A DNA stretch of 61,508 nucleotides from Macrostomum lignano. Taxonomy: Eukaryota. The notes beneath the pieces are model-generated. The model ran no database searches, was not told where the DNA came from, and worked only from the letters and a program-made list of their open reading frames with translations. Shown here one piece after another: positions 39,434 through 51,341 of the stretch (position 1 is its first letter; each line of letters opens with the position of its first letter). The stretch covers positions 1-61,508 of the forward strand of contig NIVC01001821.1 of the NCBI GenBank assembly GCA_002269645.1, given 5' to 3'. A program made the position numbers and the translations under genes.

Positions 39434-39799
39434 ATGCCGACAGTTTCGGAGCCGAACCAACAACAACTGCAGCAGCAACAAGGAGTCAGCAATATGGAGC
39501 ATCCCAGCCTGCCAGCCAGCGAGACACACTGCGCTTTCAATCCCATCGGCTGTCCGTTTGTCACCGGCGACCGGCAGCAGATGAGTCGGCACTACGCCGA
39601 CGAGAGCGAAAGCCATGCCCAGTACACTGTCTGTCTCATCGCCGAACTCAAGCAGGAGAACAGTCGACTGAGCGACCGAGTCAAGACACTGTCGGAGAAA
39701 GTGGACGGACACGAGCAGCGAATTCAGCGGCTGGAAGCGAATTTAGCTGCTCTAATGATGCCTGCTGGCAACAATAGCGGCACGAACAGTCATCCATAA
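39434..39799 (+). CDS. Small protein resembling a TRAF zinc-finger tail plus coiled coil, without a MATH domain (121 aa)
   Basis: HCAFNPIGCPF...MSRHYADESESHAQYTVCLIAELKQEN, resembling the post-zinc-finger segment of TRAF4/6, then heptad-like repeats; TATA-like tatataaat at ~39352; AG just before the ATG. Confidence 0.6.
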   Translation: MPTVSEPNQQQLQQQQGVSNMEHPSLPASETHCAFNPIGCPFVTGDRQQMSRHYADESESHAQYTVCLIAELKQENSRLSDRVKTLSEKVDGHEQRIQRLEANLAALMMPAGNNSGTNSHP

Positions 39800-39969
39800 G
39801 TATTGAATCGACTTAACTTATGTGGAGGGGCAGAGCAGCTCAATGATCTGCTGTCTGACTGTCGAGTCTCCAGCTACGACCCTGGTTCGCTTCCGTACGC
39901 GGCTATTTGGGACTTGTGTGCACAAAAAATTGCCCAGGGGGTCGTCATGCGATTCACACGATCGGGCCA

Positions 39970-40200
39970 GTACATTAGAAAGTCAATTAGAAAGACGATT
40001 AGAAAGTCAAAGGGCTATTGTACACCCTGCGTGTGAGCGCGTGTGTATGATTGCGTGCCTGCGTACAATTTTCGCGCGCTTGTATATGCCCAGGAGTCGG
40101 CCGAATGGGCCGAATTGCCGCCAGCGCTGGCTGTGGGACGATGTCGCCGAAAGCGGATTGCCCAGAGTTGTCAAACTTCGGCTATACATGTACACCAGGG
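39970..40200 (+). mobile_element. SINE-like dispersed repeat, copy 3
   Basis: gacgattagaaagtcaaagggctattgtacaccctgcgtgtg...gtatgattgcgtgcctg matches the family core. Confidence 0.5.
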
Positions 40201-40769
40201 CCAAGAAATCCATTGCTCGCAAATGCATGTTGAAATGAAATTTGGCCTTCTAATAATTAGGAAACTCCCATGTTTTAAGTTTTACTTGTATACTTTTATT
40301 TGCTTCTATTACAAGGAGGTCACCCTAATTATCTCGAGTGCCTGGCCTCTGGTACTCAGCGAATGAAGCTTTGAGCGCGTTTTTCTGTAAGCTTAGCACA
40401 GAACCTGAAATTATATATAAATGCATAGTATGCATGGTGACTGTATGATCAAATCACTTTAATAATCATCATTATCTGTTGCAAATTCAATCGTCTTTCT
40501 TTCATATTTGGCTTATATGACAAAATAAATATATAAATTATTGTATTGCTTCGAACAATATCAATGCTCAAGCTAATTTTGACGAGATAATTAATGTTGA
40601 GACTCCGAGACTTGTAATACTGATCGCAACTTGACCTACCCTGCAAATACCAGGGGGGACACATCCCCCAGTAAAATTTATGGGGGGACATGCCAATGCT
40701 TTGTCCCCCCACCCCACCTTTGTTGTCCTGTTATGCATGGGAATCAATAATTTTGCTTCAGGGTGACAA

Positions 40770-41255
40770 AACATGAGTGCCTGCGGCGCTAAAATGAGTG
40801 TCTGCGGCGCTAAAATGAGTGCCTGCAGCGCTAAAATGAGTGTCTGCGGCGCTAAAATGAGTGCCTGCGGCGCTAAAATGAGTGCCTGCGGCGCTAAAAT
40901 GAGTGCCTGCAGCGCTAAAATGAGTGCCTGCAGCGCTAAAATGAGTGTCTGCGGCGCTAAAATGAGTGTCTGCGGCGCTAAAATGAGTGCCTGAAGCGCT
41001 AAAATGAGTGTCTGCGGCGCTAAAATGGTGCCTGCAGCGCTAAAATGAGTGTCTGCGGCGCTAAAATGAGTGCCTGCGGCGCTAAAATGTGTGCCTGCGG
41101 CGCTAAAATGAGTGCCTGCAGCGCTAAAATGAGTGTCTGCGGCGCTAAAATGGTGCCTGCAGCGCTAAAATGAGTGCCTGCGGCGCTAAAATGAGTGCCT
41201 GCAGCGCTAAAATGAGTGTCTGCGGCGCTAAAATGGTGCCTGCAGCGCTAAAATG
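40770..41255. repeat. 21-bp tandem repeat (~23 copies)
   Basis: Unit aaaatgagtg(c/t)ctgc(g/a)gcgct. Confidence 0.96.
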
Positions 41256-41915
41256 ATCGCTGACAACACCGATTCGGAAAAGAATGTACATGTAGGAATT
41301 TAGTCATGTACATGCACATGTACAATTCTTGGCCTTGTCCCCTCCACCATAAAATCCATGGCGAGGCCCCTGGATGCTATATAAATAGTGAATTCTCGAA
41401 AAGCCATACGGATTACGGAAGTTTAATAGATGGATTCGTTAGATTGAGTAGCCTTATGCTTATAGAAATTAACTTAGAAATTGGCTACGGACAAGGAGAG
41501 TATCACCTATAGCAAATATCCCGCATTCACTATTTCATTTATTGCCAGTTTGGGCTGAGGCTAATACTAAACATTTTATGATGCATTATCTGCATCAAAA
41601 GCATGCATTGACTGGACTCAATCCTGCGATGGTTATATTGCAGGACATTCTCCTCTCTTTCATTGCCTGAATTGCCATTTGTTTGAGCAATGAGCACGCA
41701 CAATGAGAGAGCAGTTCTGTGTCTCAGTAAGTGTCTCAGTAAATCATTTTTGCATGATTGGGGAAAGAGAGAGCTGGTAACTCATGAAAATGGGATCCCA
41801 CATCAACTGTGGGAATAAAATACGCCCTCTAGTTTGGCATTCTGGCGCTATATAGCTCTGCTCATTTCATAAATCAAATGGTATAGCTAGGGCTCAGAGA
41901 TGCCGTCAGACGCTA

Positions 41916-42036
41916 ATGCCAAAGCGCCATCGTCCGTCTCTTTGGCAGCAGCCACCAGACGTCGACGCGATATCTACTTTCGACAGCTTGGCCAAACTAG
42001 AACTGCCGCGACTTCTCCGTCTACTACTGCCGTTGT

Positions 42037-42074
<38 letters not shown>

Positions 42075-43171
42075 GGCGGCTGGAGCGGAGGAGACAGCAG
42101 CGGCAACCTCAGCCGAGCGCAAGGTGCAGTACTCACAAACTTGTTTTCAGGCTTGTTTTTTGAGGCTCTCAGTGCCTATTGACCGTGCTCTCGAGGCTTC
42201 TGGTATCTTCAGGTTTGTTTTTGAGGCTCTCAGTGCCTATTGACCGTGCTCTCGAGGCTTCTGGTATCTTCAGGATTGTTTTTGAGGCTCTCAGTGCCTA
42301 ATGACCGAGCTCGTGAGGCTTTTAGTATCTTTCAGGCTTGTTTTGAGCCTCTCATGCAATGCCTCTTGACCGTGCTCTCGAGGCTTTTGGTATCTTTCAG
42401 GCTTGTTGTGAGGCTCTTGGTGCCTCTTGGCTGCCTGAAGACTTTCAGCATCTCCTGGACTCGCTGTTGCGTATTCTCTGTGTGTTTATCGCTCCGTACA
42501 TGCGTCTTATGCCAGTTATATCGCCCTACAAGTGAAGAGGGGCTCCTAGTTAACTTTAGAAAGATACTTCGGTATTAAAATCAAGTACTGACGACTTATT
42601 GAACGTCTTTTAACCCGTAATTTCTCATTCTCTTAGATTTACAGGTCAAATCTCCTTAGAACGGAAACAGCAGCAGCAGGGTCCCAGCTCGCCTAGGCAA
42701 TATCCTCTGCCATCTCTGCTGCTTCTGTTACCAGCAAAAGCGGATAACAGCAAGTCGGCTCCTGCAGGTCCCGGCGGTTTCTGGCGGCCTTCTCCAACCA
42801 GACATTCGACGCCAGCTGCTGCTGCTGCTGCTGCTACCGCCGCGGCTGCCGCAATCAAGCATCAACAAGAGCCGCCACCGCCACTGCTGGCGTTGCCAAG
42901 GCTGCCTCCACCTCCGCCAATTTCTGTGTCTCAGCCGGTGACGTCACGAGCCAGCCGCATCTCAAGCAATTTGTATTCGGTTTACCGACCGACCGAGGCG
43001 GGCTTAGCTATGCAGCGTCGGTCACAGCGGAGCAGTTGGAAATTCGAGGCCAGTTTGAGGGTCTCATCGGCTGCTGCCCAGCTGAGTCCGTGGGCTACTC
43101 GACGACAGATGGCCGCGGAGATGGAAACTATAGCGATCTTGCAGCATCTACTAAGCTCTGACTCTGATTAG
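41916..43171 (+). CDS. Possible two-exon low-complexity protein (uncertain)
   Basis: ORF from ATG 41916 could join, via a weak donor caag|gtgcag, to the acceptor ttacag|gt at ~42645 and a frame open to 43171; CAG and GCT triplet runs; no recognisable domain. Confidence 0.25.
42135..42420. repeat. ~61-bp tandem repeat (~5 copies)
   Basis: ttttgaggctctcagtgcctattgaccgtgctctcgaggcttctggtatcttcagg recurs. Confidence 0.88.
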
Positions 43172-44311
43172 TCACACTAAATCAAGAACTTTCTCTCGTA
43201 CCCTAGCTTTCATATAGAGTTTGTATTTTCTCCTTATAAAAATATTAACCCTTACTTAAATTAATTATTTAAGTCTTGCTCAAAAGCAATTTGAATAAAG
43301 TAAAGTAACTTCTTACGCGGTGATTGGTTGTTATCTTCAGAGATGTTTATTTTATAACCTGATAGATATAGCTAGAATAATAAAAGCAAAATCGAAGCGG
43401 CAAAACTTATTGCGTAATCGCAACAAAAAGTTTTCGTAAATTTTCGCAGATTAACGAATATAGTAGCTCGTACTAAAAATAAACATAGTACAAGTAACAA
43501 GCCTCAATAGATTAGGATATTTGGTTTTTTTTAACCAGCTAATAAATAACACCGATTAAACCTGCTGTGTCGCTGACTGTGGTAAAGATTCTTATTGCAA
43601 GAGAGAGGACGACGAAGTTTGTTATGAGTATTTGAACAGTTTTTGGACTAGTGCTGCTTGAAACTAATCGTCACTGTGTATGTACGTTCATCCGCGCAGA
43701 CAGAGTACATTGGCTAGCCAACCGTCTAAATGTACACGGCAGAGGCAAAAATCACGGCCTATCTCAATTCGAGCTTTAAATTCACACTTCTGGAGGCGCT
43801 AACACCCTTGCTTTTACCCCTTACTACCCGGCCTAGCAGTTAATTAACAGCTTACTTTGGAAGTTTTGTCCCTATAAAACGAATCCCAGGCGTGCCCGAC
43901 GTGTTTAAGAGGACTTTTATATTTCTGTTTTAAACTAGACTAGACCGCGCATGTACATTGATCCGCGCAGACAGAGTACACTGGCTAGTCATCGGTCTAA
44001 AAATGTACATGCAAAGAGACGAAATTGTCTGTCCATTCCAATCCAGTCTAGCCCTAAATTCACATCGTTCCCCTTGCCCCCACCCCCACCGAGCCGCTGC
44101 CTTAGCCTTACCCTCCGTGCCCCGCTAAAATTAAAATGTTTTAATGCCCATCTTCACATAATGAAGAAAGAATAACAGTCTAACTTAGTCTAACACTCTT
44201 CTTGCTCGTATTCCAAGTTAGCTTCAGCAGTTTAACCTTCGCTCGTTCTCCGTGCTCCTAAGAAGGTTGTACTCTAGTTTTTCTCACTCATGGTCTTCGT
44301 TGATCTCACGA

Positions 44312-45043
44312 TCAGCGCGACGTCAACGGATAGCCCGGATTGTAGTTGGACATGCGATGTCCGGCTTGGTTAAATCCAGTCGAGCCCCAGGTGCGAAAGT
44401 CGAATGGGCCGGTCATGCGCTGCGGCTGGGTTGACACGCCACGCTGAGCCGAGGCGCCATAGCCTGATTGTGGGGCGCCGTAGCCCGTCTGTTGATGCGG
44501 TGGGGCGCCATAACCAGTTTGTTGATGGTATGAGGCGCCATAACCAGTTTGTTGATGGTGTGAGGCGCCATAACCAGTTTGTTGATGTTGTGGGGCGCCA
44601 TAACCAGGCTGCTGAGATGGGGCGCCGTAGCCAGACTGCTGAGGCGGGGCGCCATAGCCAGGCTGTGGTGGAGCGCCGTAACCTGGTTGAGGGGCACCAT
44701 AGCCAGTCTGAGGCGGGGTTCCGTAGCCTGGTTGAGGAGCGCCGTAGCCAGTCTGAGGCGGGCCGTAGCCTGGTTGAGGAGCGCCGTAGCCAGTTTGAGG
44801 CGGGCCGTAGCCTGGTTGAGGGGCGCCATAGCCAGTCTGAGGCGGGCCGTAGCCTGGTTGAGTGGCGCCATAGCCAGTCTGAGGCGGGGCACCGTAGCCT
44901 GGTTGAGTGGCGCCATAGCCTGGTTGAGGCGGGGCTCCGTAGCCATAGCCAGGCTGCTGCTGAGGCTGCTGCATGCCTTCCAAGCCAATGGGCGGCGGCT
45001 GCTGGGGCCCAGAGCCGGTGTAAGGCGGATAATTAGGGTGCAT
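44312..45043 (-). CDS. Gly/Tyr/Pro/Gln-rich low-complexity protein (~243 aa; may have upstream exons)
   Basis: Repeats PPQTGYGAPQPGYG and HQQTGYGA with third-position variation; ATG at 45043; stop at 44312. Confidence 0.65.
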   Translation of the reverse strand: MHPNYPPYTGSGPQQPPPIGLEGMQQPQQQPGYGYGAPPQPGYGATQPGYGAPPQTGYGATQPGYGPPQTGYGAPQPGYGPPQTGYGAPQPGYGPPQTGYGAPQPGYGTPPQTGYGAPQPGYGAPPQPGYGAPPQQSGYGAPSQQPGYGAPQHQQTGYGASHHQQTGYGASYHQQTGYGAPPHQQTGYGAPQSGYGASAQRGVSTQPQRMTGPFDFRTWGSTGFNQAGHRMSNYNPGYPLTSR

Positions 45044-46399
45044 GCTAGATCGTGATTTGCGTCGAAGTCTTGTCAACTTATTAGGCCTATTGAAAAATCT
45101 GTCCAAGAATCAGGATTTTATCGTTCACTGTGGTCCCGGATGAAGATATAGCTACTCTCGCGCCTAGGAATTATAAAAAGTTTGAGTACTGTTCGTGGGG
45201 CGAAGTCTGCCTGACGGATCTGTTCTGACTTGGGGGAATTTTCTTTGATTCAGCTTGGTCGTTTTTTCCATAGCTACGCACTCTCTGTCTCTAGTACGCC
45301 TTCATGTGTTAGTTTACAGTCAATCCCCCCCAGAAAACAGAGGGGAGAGTGGAGGGAGGCGAAGAGATAAGGGCAGCAAGTTAGTACATTCAGCGGAACG
45401 AGGATTTCATACGGGAAAGAAATTTTCAACGCTGCACAGCTTGCTTGGGTTTTGCTGTACGCGAAAGGAATTGGCACTGTACTTTCCCTCTCTCACTGTT
45501 AAAGGGCCTGACAGTATCTTCTATCACCCAAATGTGCACTGCTGGCGTGTCGCTCGTAAACGTCTGTAGGAGTGTACAGTTGGCATTCGAGAGAAACCTG
45601 CATTGCCTGTTAAGCTCGTACTGGACAGAAGGGGAGTAACTATACTGATATTCTGGTGTACACATGCGTTAGTGAGAGAAGCAGAGAAAAGTGAATCGAT
45701 AAGCAGAAACGGTTAAATGTTTGAAAATTTACGTTTTAAACGATTATTTCTAGCACCATATTATACTTCTCTCTACTGAGTGATAAAATTCGAATATTAC
45801 GTGTATTAACTGTGCGCATGCAGCAGCCAAGCAGTAAACACAGTCAGCCTCGCTTGTACTAGTAGTGTAGAGAATGAAACGGTCAGGACCTTGTGTGCGT
45901 GTGACAGAAAAACTGTGTTTTCTTATTAGTTTTGAGATGGACGGGGGTAGGAAATTGGAGTTCTATTCTTTACATTGTGTAGACAGAAAAGTAGAAAAAT
46001 CTCAGTAGCTGCATGGCTCTAGGCTGTGGGTTAGACTTAAATCAGAAGCATCTGAGTGCGAGTCCATCAGACACCCCCTAGCCATAGCACTGCCAAACTC
46101 AGAACAACAATTTCCGCTCTATTTCAAGAGATCTAACTCTCGCAGGTCTTGAGTCCTAGCTGACGACTCAACCCTGCTCATCTAAGCCAGTCTGAGAAGC
46201 AATTCGCAACCAGATTGGTTCTGGCATCGGTCCAGCTTCTTCTCTTCTCGTATATATTCCTGTCAGAAGCGAATTCTCTGACTCACTCCCTCAACCTCGA
46301 GCGTCCTCCTAAAAACCGGTACATTTGAGTTGCCGGCGCTGAAAAAAATACTTCAGACTTTTAACTGACCTATTAATAGTGGTTCGATTCAGAGCACAA

Positions 46400-48267
46400 A
46401 TGAATCGAGAGCATCCTTGTCGTCGGCACGATGTCGTCATTATCGGAGCTGGAATAGCCGGACTGACGGCGGCCCACCTCCTACTGAAGGCTAGGCCAGA
46501 CCTGGACCTGCTGGTGCTGGAGGCGAAGGACAGAATTGGTGGACGCCTGTTGTCGAAGCCGGTCAGATGCGCTGATGGAGAGGTTCGACAGTGGTGAGAC
46601 GACGGGCGACGATTTCAAAGTTTTTTTAGAGGCCTGCTTTAAAACAAGATTATTTGATATGCTTAGTGTTGAAAAAAATTACTATCGAAAATTACTATCG
46701 AAAAAAATTACTATTGTCAACGCATGTAAACAAATGCTAGTTGTTTGATAAGTCCTATATATTCGTTTATATTTTTCAATGGTACGGGATCAGTTCCAGA
46801 TCGTTAACAATCATCATTAGCAGAGCATACATGCACTAGTCCAGATGTACGAACGTGCAATAATCTTTTTTGGAAGGTACACGAAAAAAATCAAAACGTT
46901 ATATAATCTGAAAGAAATTAATTTGACTACTTCTTTCTTACCAGGTGTTTTGGTGGCACCTGGGCTTCTAAAACCCAGTGTAACCTTCTTGAGCTGCTAA
47001 AAGAGATGAAGATTGAGACGTTCGAACAGTACCGCCAGGGTATCAAGTTTGTCGAGATGGACAACACTGTCACTCAATATGAGGGCGGGGTGCCAACAAT
47101 CGGTCTGCTAAACCTTCTAGACTTAAACCTCACTCTGCAAGCGCTCGAACGGCAAGCGACGGGGTTGAAGACCAGCCAGCCGGATCAGGTTGAACGTATG
47201 GATCAGGACTCGGTGAAGAGTGCTGTGCAGCGACTCACATCCAGGTGAGAGACGGACAAACTAATTAAAAGTCTTGTACCGCAAAATGAGTATCCCACAA
47301 GCATGTTAAATTTATTATTTATTCCGCCACAAACAGAGAAGAGAGCGAGCTCTTCCTCCGAGGCGTTGTAGCGCCAGTGCTGCAAGGCTCTGACGAGCGA
47401 ATGTCACAGATTCATGCGCTAAACGTCGCTCAATCTAGCGGCGGATTCGAGAAGCTCTTCAAGGACGCCCAGGAATTGCGCGTTGACGGCGGCGCGCAAC
47501 GCATCACTGAGCGGCTGGCTGAAGCGGTTGGACCGGCTAGATTGCGTCTTGGCTGGCCCGTCGCCGAGATTCGTCAGAGTACCGACAACGATGATGAGAA
47601 TTTTCGAGGAGAAGTATGCCTGCTGTCTGAATCCGGCGACCAGTTAACTAGCTGCCTAGTACTCTGCACGCTGCCACTCGCTAGTCTCAACTCGGTGAAG
47701 TTTCGCCCAACTCTACCCCCCTCCAAGCAGCAATTGGCCAACAACTGTCCGACCGTGTCGCACACGCTTAAGACGATCATCACCTATGCGAACGCGTTCT
47801 GGCGTCAAGCTGGTTTCTCCGGAGAGATTCTCTCGTGCCAGGGTCAGCCAACGAACCCGCAGAGCGTCAGCGGCTCGATCAGCGTGTGCTACGACGCCTG
47901 CAGCAGGGACGGAGCGCACCCAGCTTTAGTTGTTCTGGCCTCGTCCGGCGCCGACCGTACTGCAAGTCCCAACGAGCATCGCGAAGCTCTGCTAAACCAT
48001 CTGGCCAGATTCTTCCCCAAAGAGGATGTGTTTAACTTTATCGACTACGCTGAGCACAGTTGGTGCTCGGAGCCGTATCATAGCACTTGTATGGCGTCGG
48101 CTGTGTCAGTGGGTTGCGGCAGCCTGCTACTGTCCCCAGAGCTGTCCAAACCGTTTCACAGGGTGCACTTTGCGGGCAGCGATATGGCTGACGAATGGAT
48201 CGGCTACATGGAGGGTGCCGTTCAGAGTGCGAAGCGTGCAACTGCCGAGCTTTTGCAAGCGTTGTGA
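46400..48267 (+). CDS. Flavin-containing amine oxidase (MAO-like), ~474 aa
   Basis: Exons 46400-46593, 46945-47244, 47337-48267 (phases consistent). [14 protein letters not shown] and EAKDRIGGR (FAD binding), [28 protein letters not shown]. Confidence 0.92.
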
Positions 48268-48435
48268 TCACGATCGTGAGAGAGTAGATCAAGGAGGGAT
48301 TTTTGTGAATTAAGGATTTTGCAGAATCAGCACGATTCTGAATGAATAAGCAATATAATTTTCCGTCTGCATCAGGTAGCAGAGAAAGGCATATACTCGT
48401 TACAATGCCAAACCACGTTTGGACGCTTACATATT

Positions 48436-48690
48436 GGGTTGCTTTCACAAACGCGAAAGTTTCGCGTTTTGTGAAGTTTCGCGGTTGTGAAGTTTTGCGG
48501 TTGTGAAGTTTCGCGGTTGTGAAAGTGACTGCAAGAAATTTAGCGGTTGTGAAGTTTCGCGTTTATGAAACTTTGCGCTTATGAAAGTAGGTGATTTAGC
48601 GGTTGTGAAGTTTAGCGGTTGTGAAGTTTCGCGTTTATGAAAGCAAGTGCTTTTAGCGGTAGTGAAATTTCACGTTTGTGAAACCCACCC
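48436..48690. mobile_element. MITE with GGG...CCC ends, 8-bp TSD and internal gtgaagtttcgcggtt repeats
   Basis: TIRs gggttgctttcacaaacgcgaaa / tttcacgtttgtgaaacccaccc; TSD tacatatt at 48428-48435 and 48691-48698. Confidence 0.85.
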
Positions 48691-49223
48691 TACATATTGA
48701 CGAAATTACTAAAACTATATCTAGCTCGTAAATGCAGTGTTTTCCCGATTGCTTGATAGTTCTGCTGCCAGAATATTCAGATTCTATTGAGCCAATACCC
48801 TGTTGTCTTTCAGTGCTAGCTAGACATTGTTAATTAATTAACAGAATTCTCCCAAGTAAAACAAAGTTTCTGCTGCTAGCTTAACAAATTGCTGTATTAT
48901 TGCTGAACAGCTACCTTAGTGCGTCCGGGGGGTTCTTGGACACCCCTCCTATCTCTCTGCATCTGTTCAATCGATTTTTATAAAAATTTACACAAACGTG
49001 GGCTTATATCTAATGAGTTCAGTGCTAAAGTTTCAGCTCAATCGGGTTGACAGAGCAAAAGCAATCGATCATTTACTGTGGAACCTACGAAATTAGCGAT
49101 GCGATTTTTTAACAGCATCAAAGCTGGACTCCTGTGGTGACATTGCAGCTCATTTTTTTAAAGAATTAATCAAAATATTACTGCTTTCGCTGAGTGTTGA
49201 TTAATACCTTAATTGATTTAATA

Positions 49224-50125
49224 TAGGATTTTTCGTTTGATTTCATGAAATGGTCATTTGATTTCGTCCATAGAAGTTGGCAGCGCGGCCATAGAGTCTA
49301 TGGCAATAAAGTGCACTGTTTTCCGATTGAATTCATGGCTTTGCCACTTCATTTCGACTTGACGCGCGGAGTGACTCAAACACTGTCAGAGGGGGCTGGG
49401 ATATCAGTGGGTGAATATCTATGGCCAAACCTCTCATAGAAATGAAAAGCCTATATGAACGTGTCCTCTTCTTGGGCAACAGTCACCTTCCTTGTGTGCC
49501 TAAAAATGGCTGCATACGCGTCCATTGGAAACGTATAAACGCGGCCAATCGTATTCAACTGCGAACTCTGCCACCGTACTCTCCATTTCTTAACGCCGCG
49601 GAGCAGGCACACAGTTGTCTCAAGGCTTCGCTTAAACGCCAGCTAGCAACACCTGAGCTTCAACAGGAACTTAGCAATCCGCCTGATGGCATCAATCTAA
49701 CGCAGTGGAGACTCATGGTGCTTTTCCGCTGCGGCTACGTTGCACTAGAGGAAATTTCCGCCGCGAAGTGCCTTGCCTGGGAACGACATGTGATGCGGTT
49801 TCTGCCCCTGTGCATCAATGAGCAGCAGATAATGTGAAATTTGTAGCTTGTTGCAGCGAACGAGCATTAACTTTGGCGGACATAACTGATTTCACTGTTG
49901 CAACTGCCTACTTCCTCATGTGACTTAAATACACAGCTTTCTGTTTTTAACAGTTCTTTCTGTACTGGACAAGCGCATCGACTTTTCTGTTGCCTTTCTA
50001 CTGGGTATGTCGAAATGAAGTGGCAAAGTTATGAATTCAATTGGAAAACAGACTCTATGGCCGCGCTGCCAACTTCTATGGACGAAATCAAATGACAATT
50101 TTATGAAATCAAACGAAAAATCCTA
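49224..50125 (+). mobile_element. Inner Tc1/IS630-type element (~130-bp TIRs, TA TSD)
   Basis: TA|taggatttttcgtttgatttc...gaaatcaaacgaaaaatccta|TA. Confidence 0.85.
49421..49837 (+). pseudogene. Tc1/IS630 transposase C-terminal fragment
   Basis: LRTLPPYSPFLNAAEQAHSCLKASLK matches the LPPYSP.LNPIE..W..LK motif; the upstream DD residues are not recognisable. Confidence 0.8.
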
Positions 50126-51341
50126 TACTAATGCAAGCAGTAAAGGTTTAGCCATAGATTAAAGAGCAAAAAAGAACAAAGCAGTAAGCAGCATAGCCAG
50201 ATTCAGATGCTGAGACGCGGAACCAGCCTCAGATGGTTTAACAGCAAAAGAATCGCCAATTCGACGGAATGAAGATTCTTCTGAAGATTTTCACAATTGG
50301 TGATCTGTTTTTTGAAGTTCTGGAACTTGTCAGTTTGAGCTGTTTGCTCGTTAACTTTTGCATTTTGTTGAGTTTTAAATCGTATTGCTAATTTCGTAGG
50401 TTTCTCAGTAAATGATCGATTTCTTTTGCTCTGTCAACCCGATTGAGCTGAAACTTTAGCACTGAGCTCATTAGATGTGAGCCCAGGTTTGTGTAATTTT
50501 TTAAAAAGATCGATTGAACAGATGCAGAGATAGGAGGGGTGTCCGGGAACTTTTTGGACGCACTAAGGTAGCTTGTTTTTTAGTTGATTTAATCGATTTT
50601 TGTTATATCTCAGCTCATTTTTGTATTTGTGTATTTATACTGTCTGTGTGATATACTTTGCTGAATATCGTTCAGCAAATAAAAAATGAATATTTTTTGG
50701 CTAAGGTTCTTTTACGTAGCCAAGTAAATTCGGGCCACAATGGCGAAGCTGCTTAAATTTAAAGCTAAGCAAAGTGAGCCGCAAAAATACTTGACAAACA
50801 AGGTCTAATAGCGAGTGATATGAGTATTTTATAGTTCGTATCTTAAATGTAAAATACACTAAACTCAAGAGTGACTTGAAAAATTCCTATCAATGTATAC
50901 TAAATTTGTTTTATCTAAAAAATCTCTTGCCTTTTCTAACAAGCTCCACACCGAAAGCAGGCAAACTGGCATTTGCCTGACGCTCACGCGGACCCAAGTA
51001 AAAATCCTTGCTCTTAAAATTAAAAAATGCCGCACTGAACCTTTGCACTCCCAATCTCAGAGCAATCAAGATAAACACACTTTCGCCCAGTCATGTGATA
51101 GTTACTGTTCTTCGGAATTTGTTGTCTGTCGTTGTCATTGACTGCGAGTTTAAAGTCTTCACGTACATTTGAACATGTGAAGCATTCGTGGCGTTTTGTT
51201 GCCACTGACAACGGATAGGCAACAAGAGAAAGCTAGTTAAAGGCTCTATTAGGCGCCTCCAGAGAAACTTTTTCTGTCAACAACTGCAGTGAAAGACTAC
51301 GGTTAAGGTAAAAGCACTGTACTAGAATCCAATCCGAGCCG

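Larger units (their letters stand above)
48914..50568. mobile_element. Outer Tc1/mariner-type TIR element (~170-bp TIRs, TA TSD)
   Basis: TA|ccttagtgcgtcc...ggacgcactaagg|TA; long arms (gagttcagtgctaaagtttcagctcaatcgggttgacagagc...) are inverted at 50407-50568. Confidence 0.88.

Noticed and set aside
36253-41255. Repetitive ORFs over the 30-bp and 21-bp arrays (RCQGLLGESL, MSACGAK)
   Set aside because: The unit lengths are multiples of 3, so the arrays stay open by chance; there is no unique coding flank.
41270-41520. Inverted-repeat element (atagtgaat...attcactat)
   Set aside because: The arms are short and imperfect and I found no TSD.
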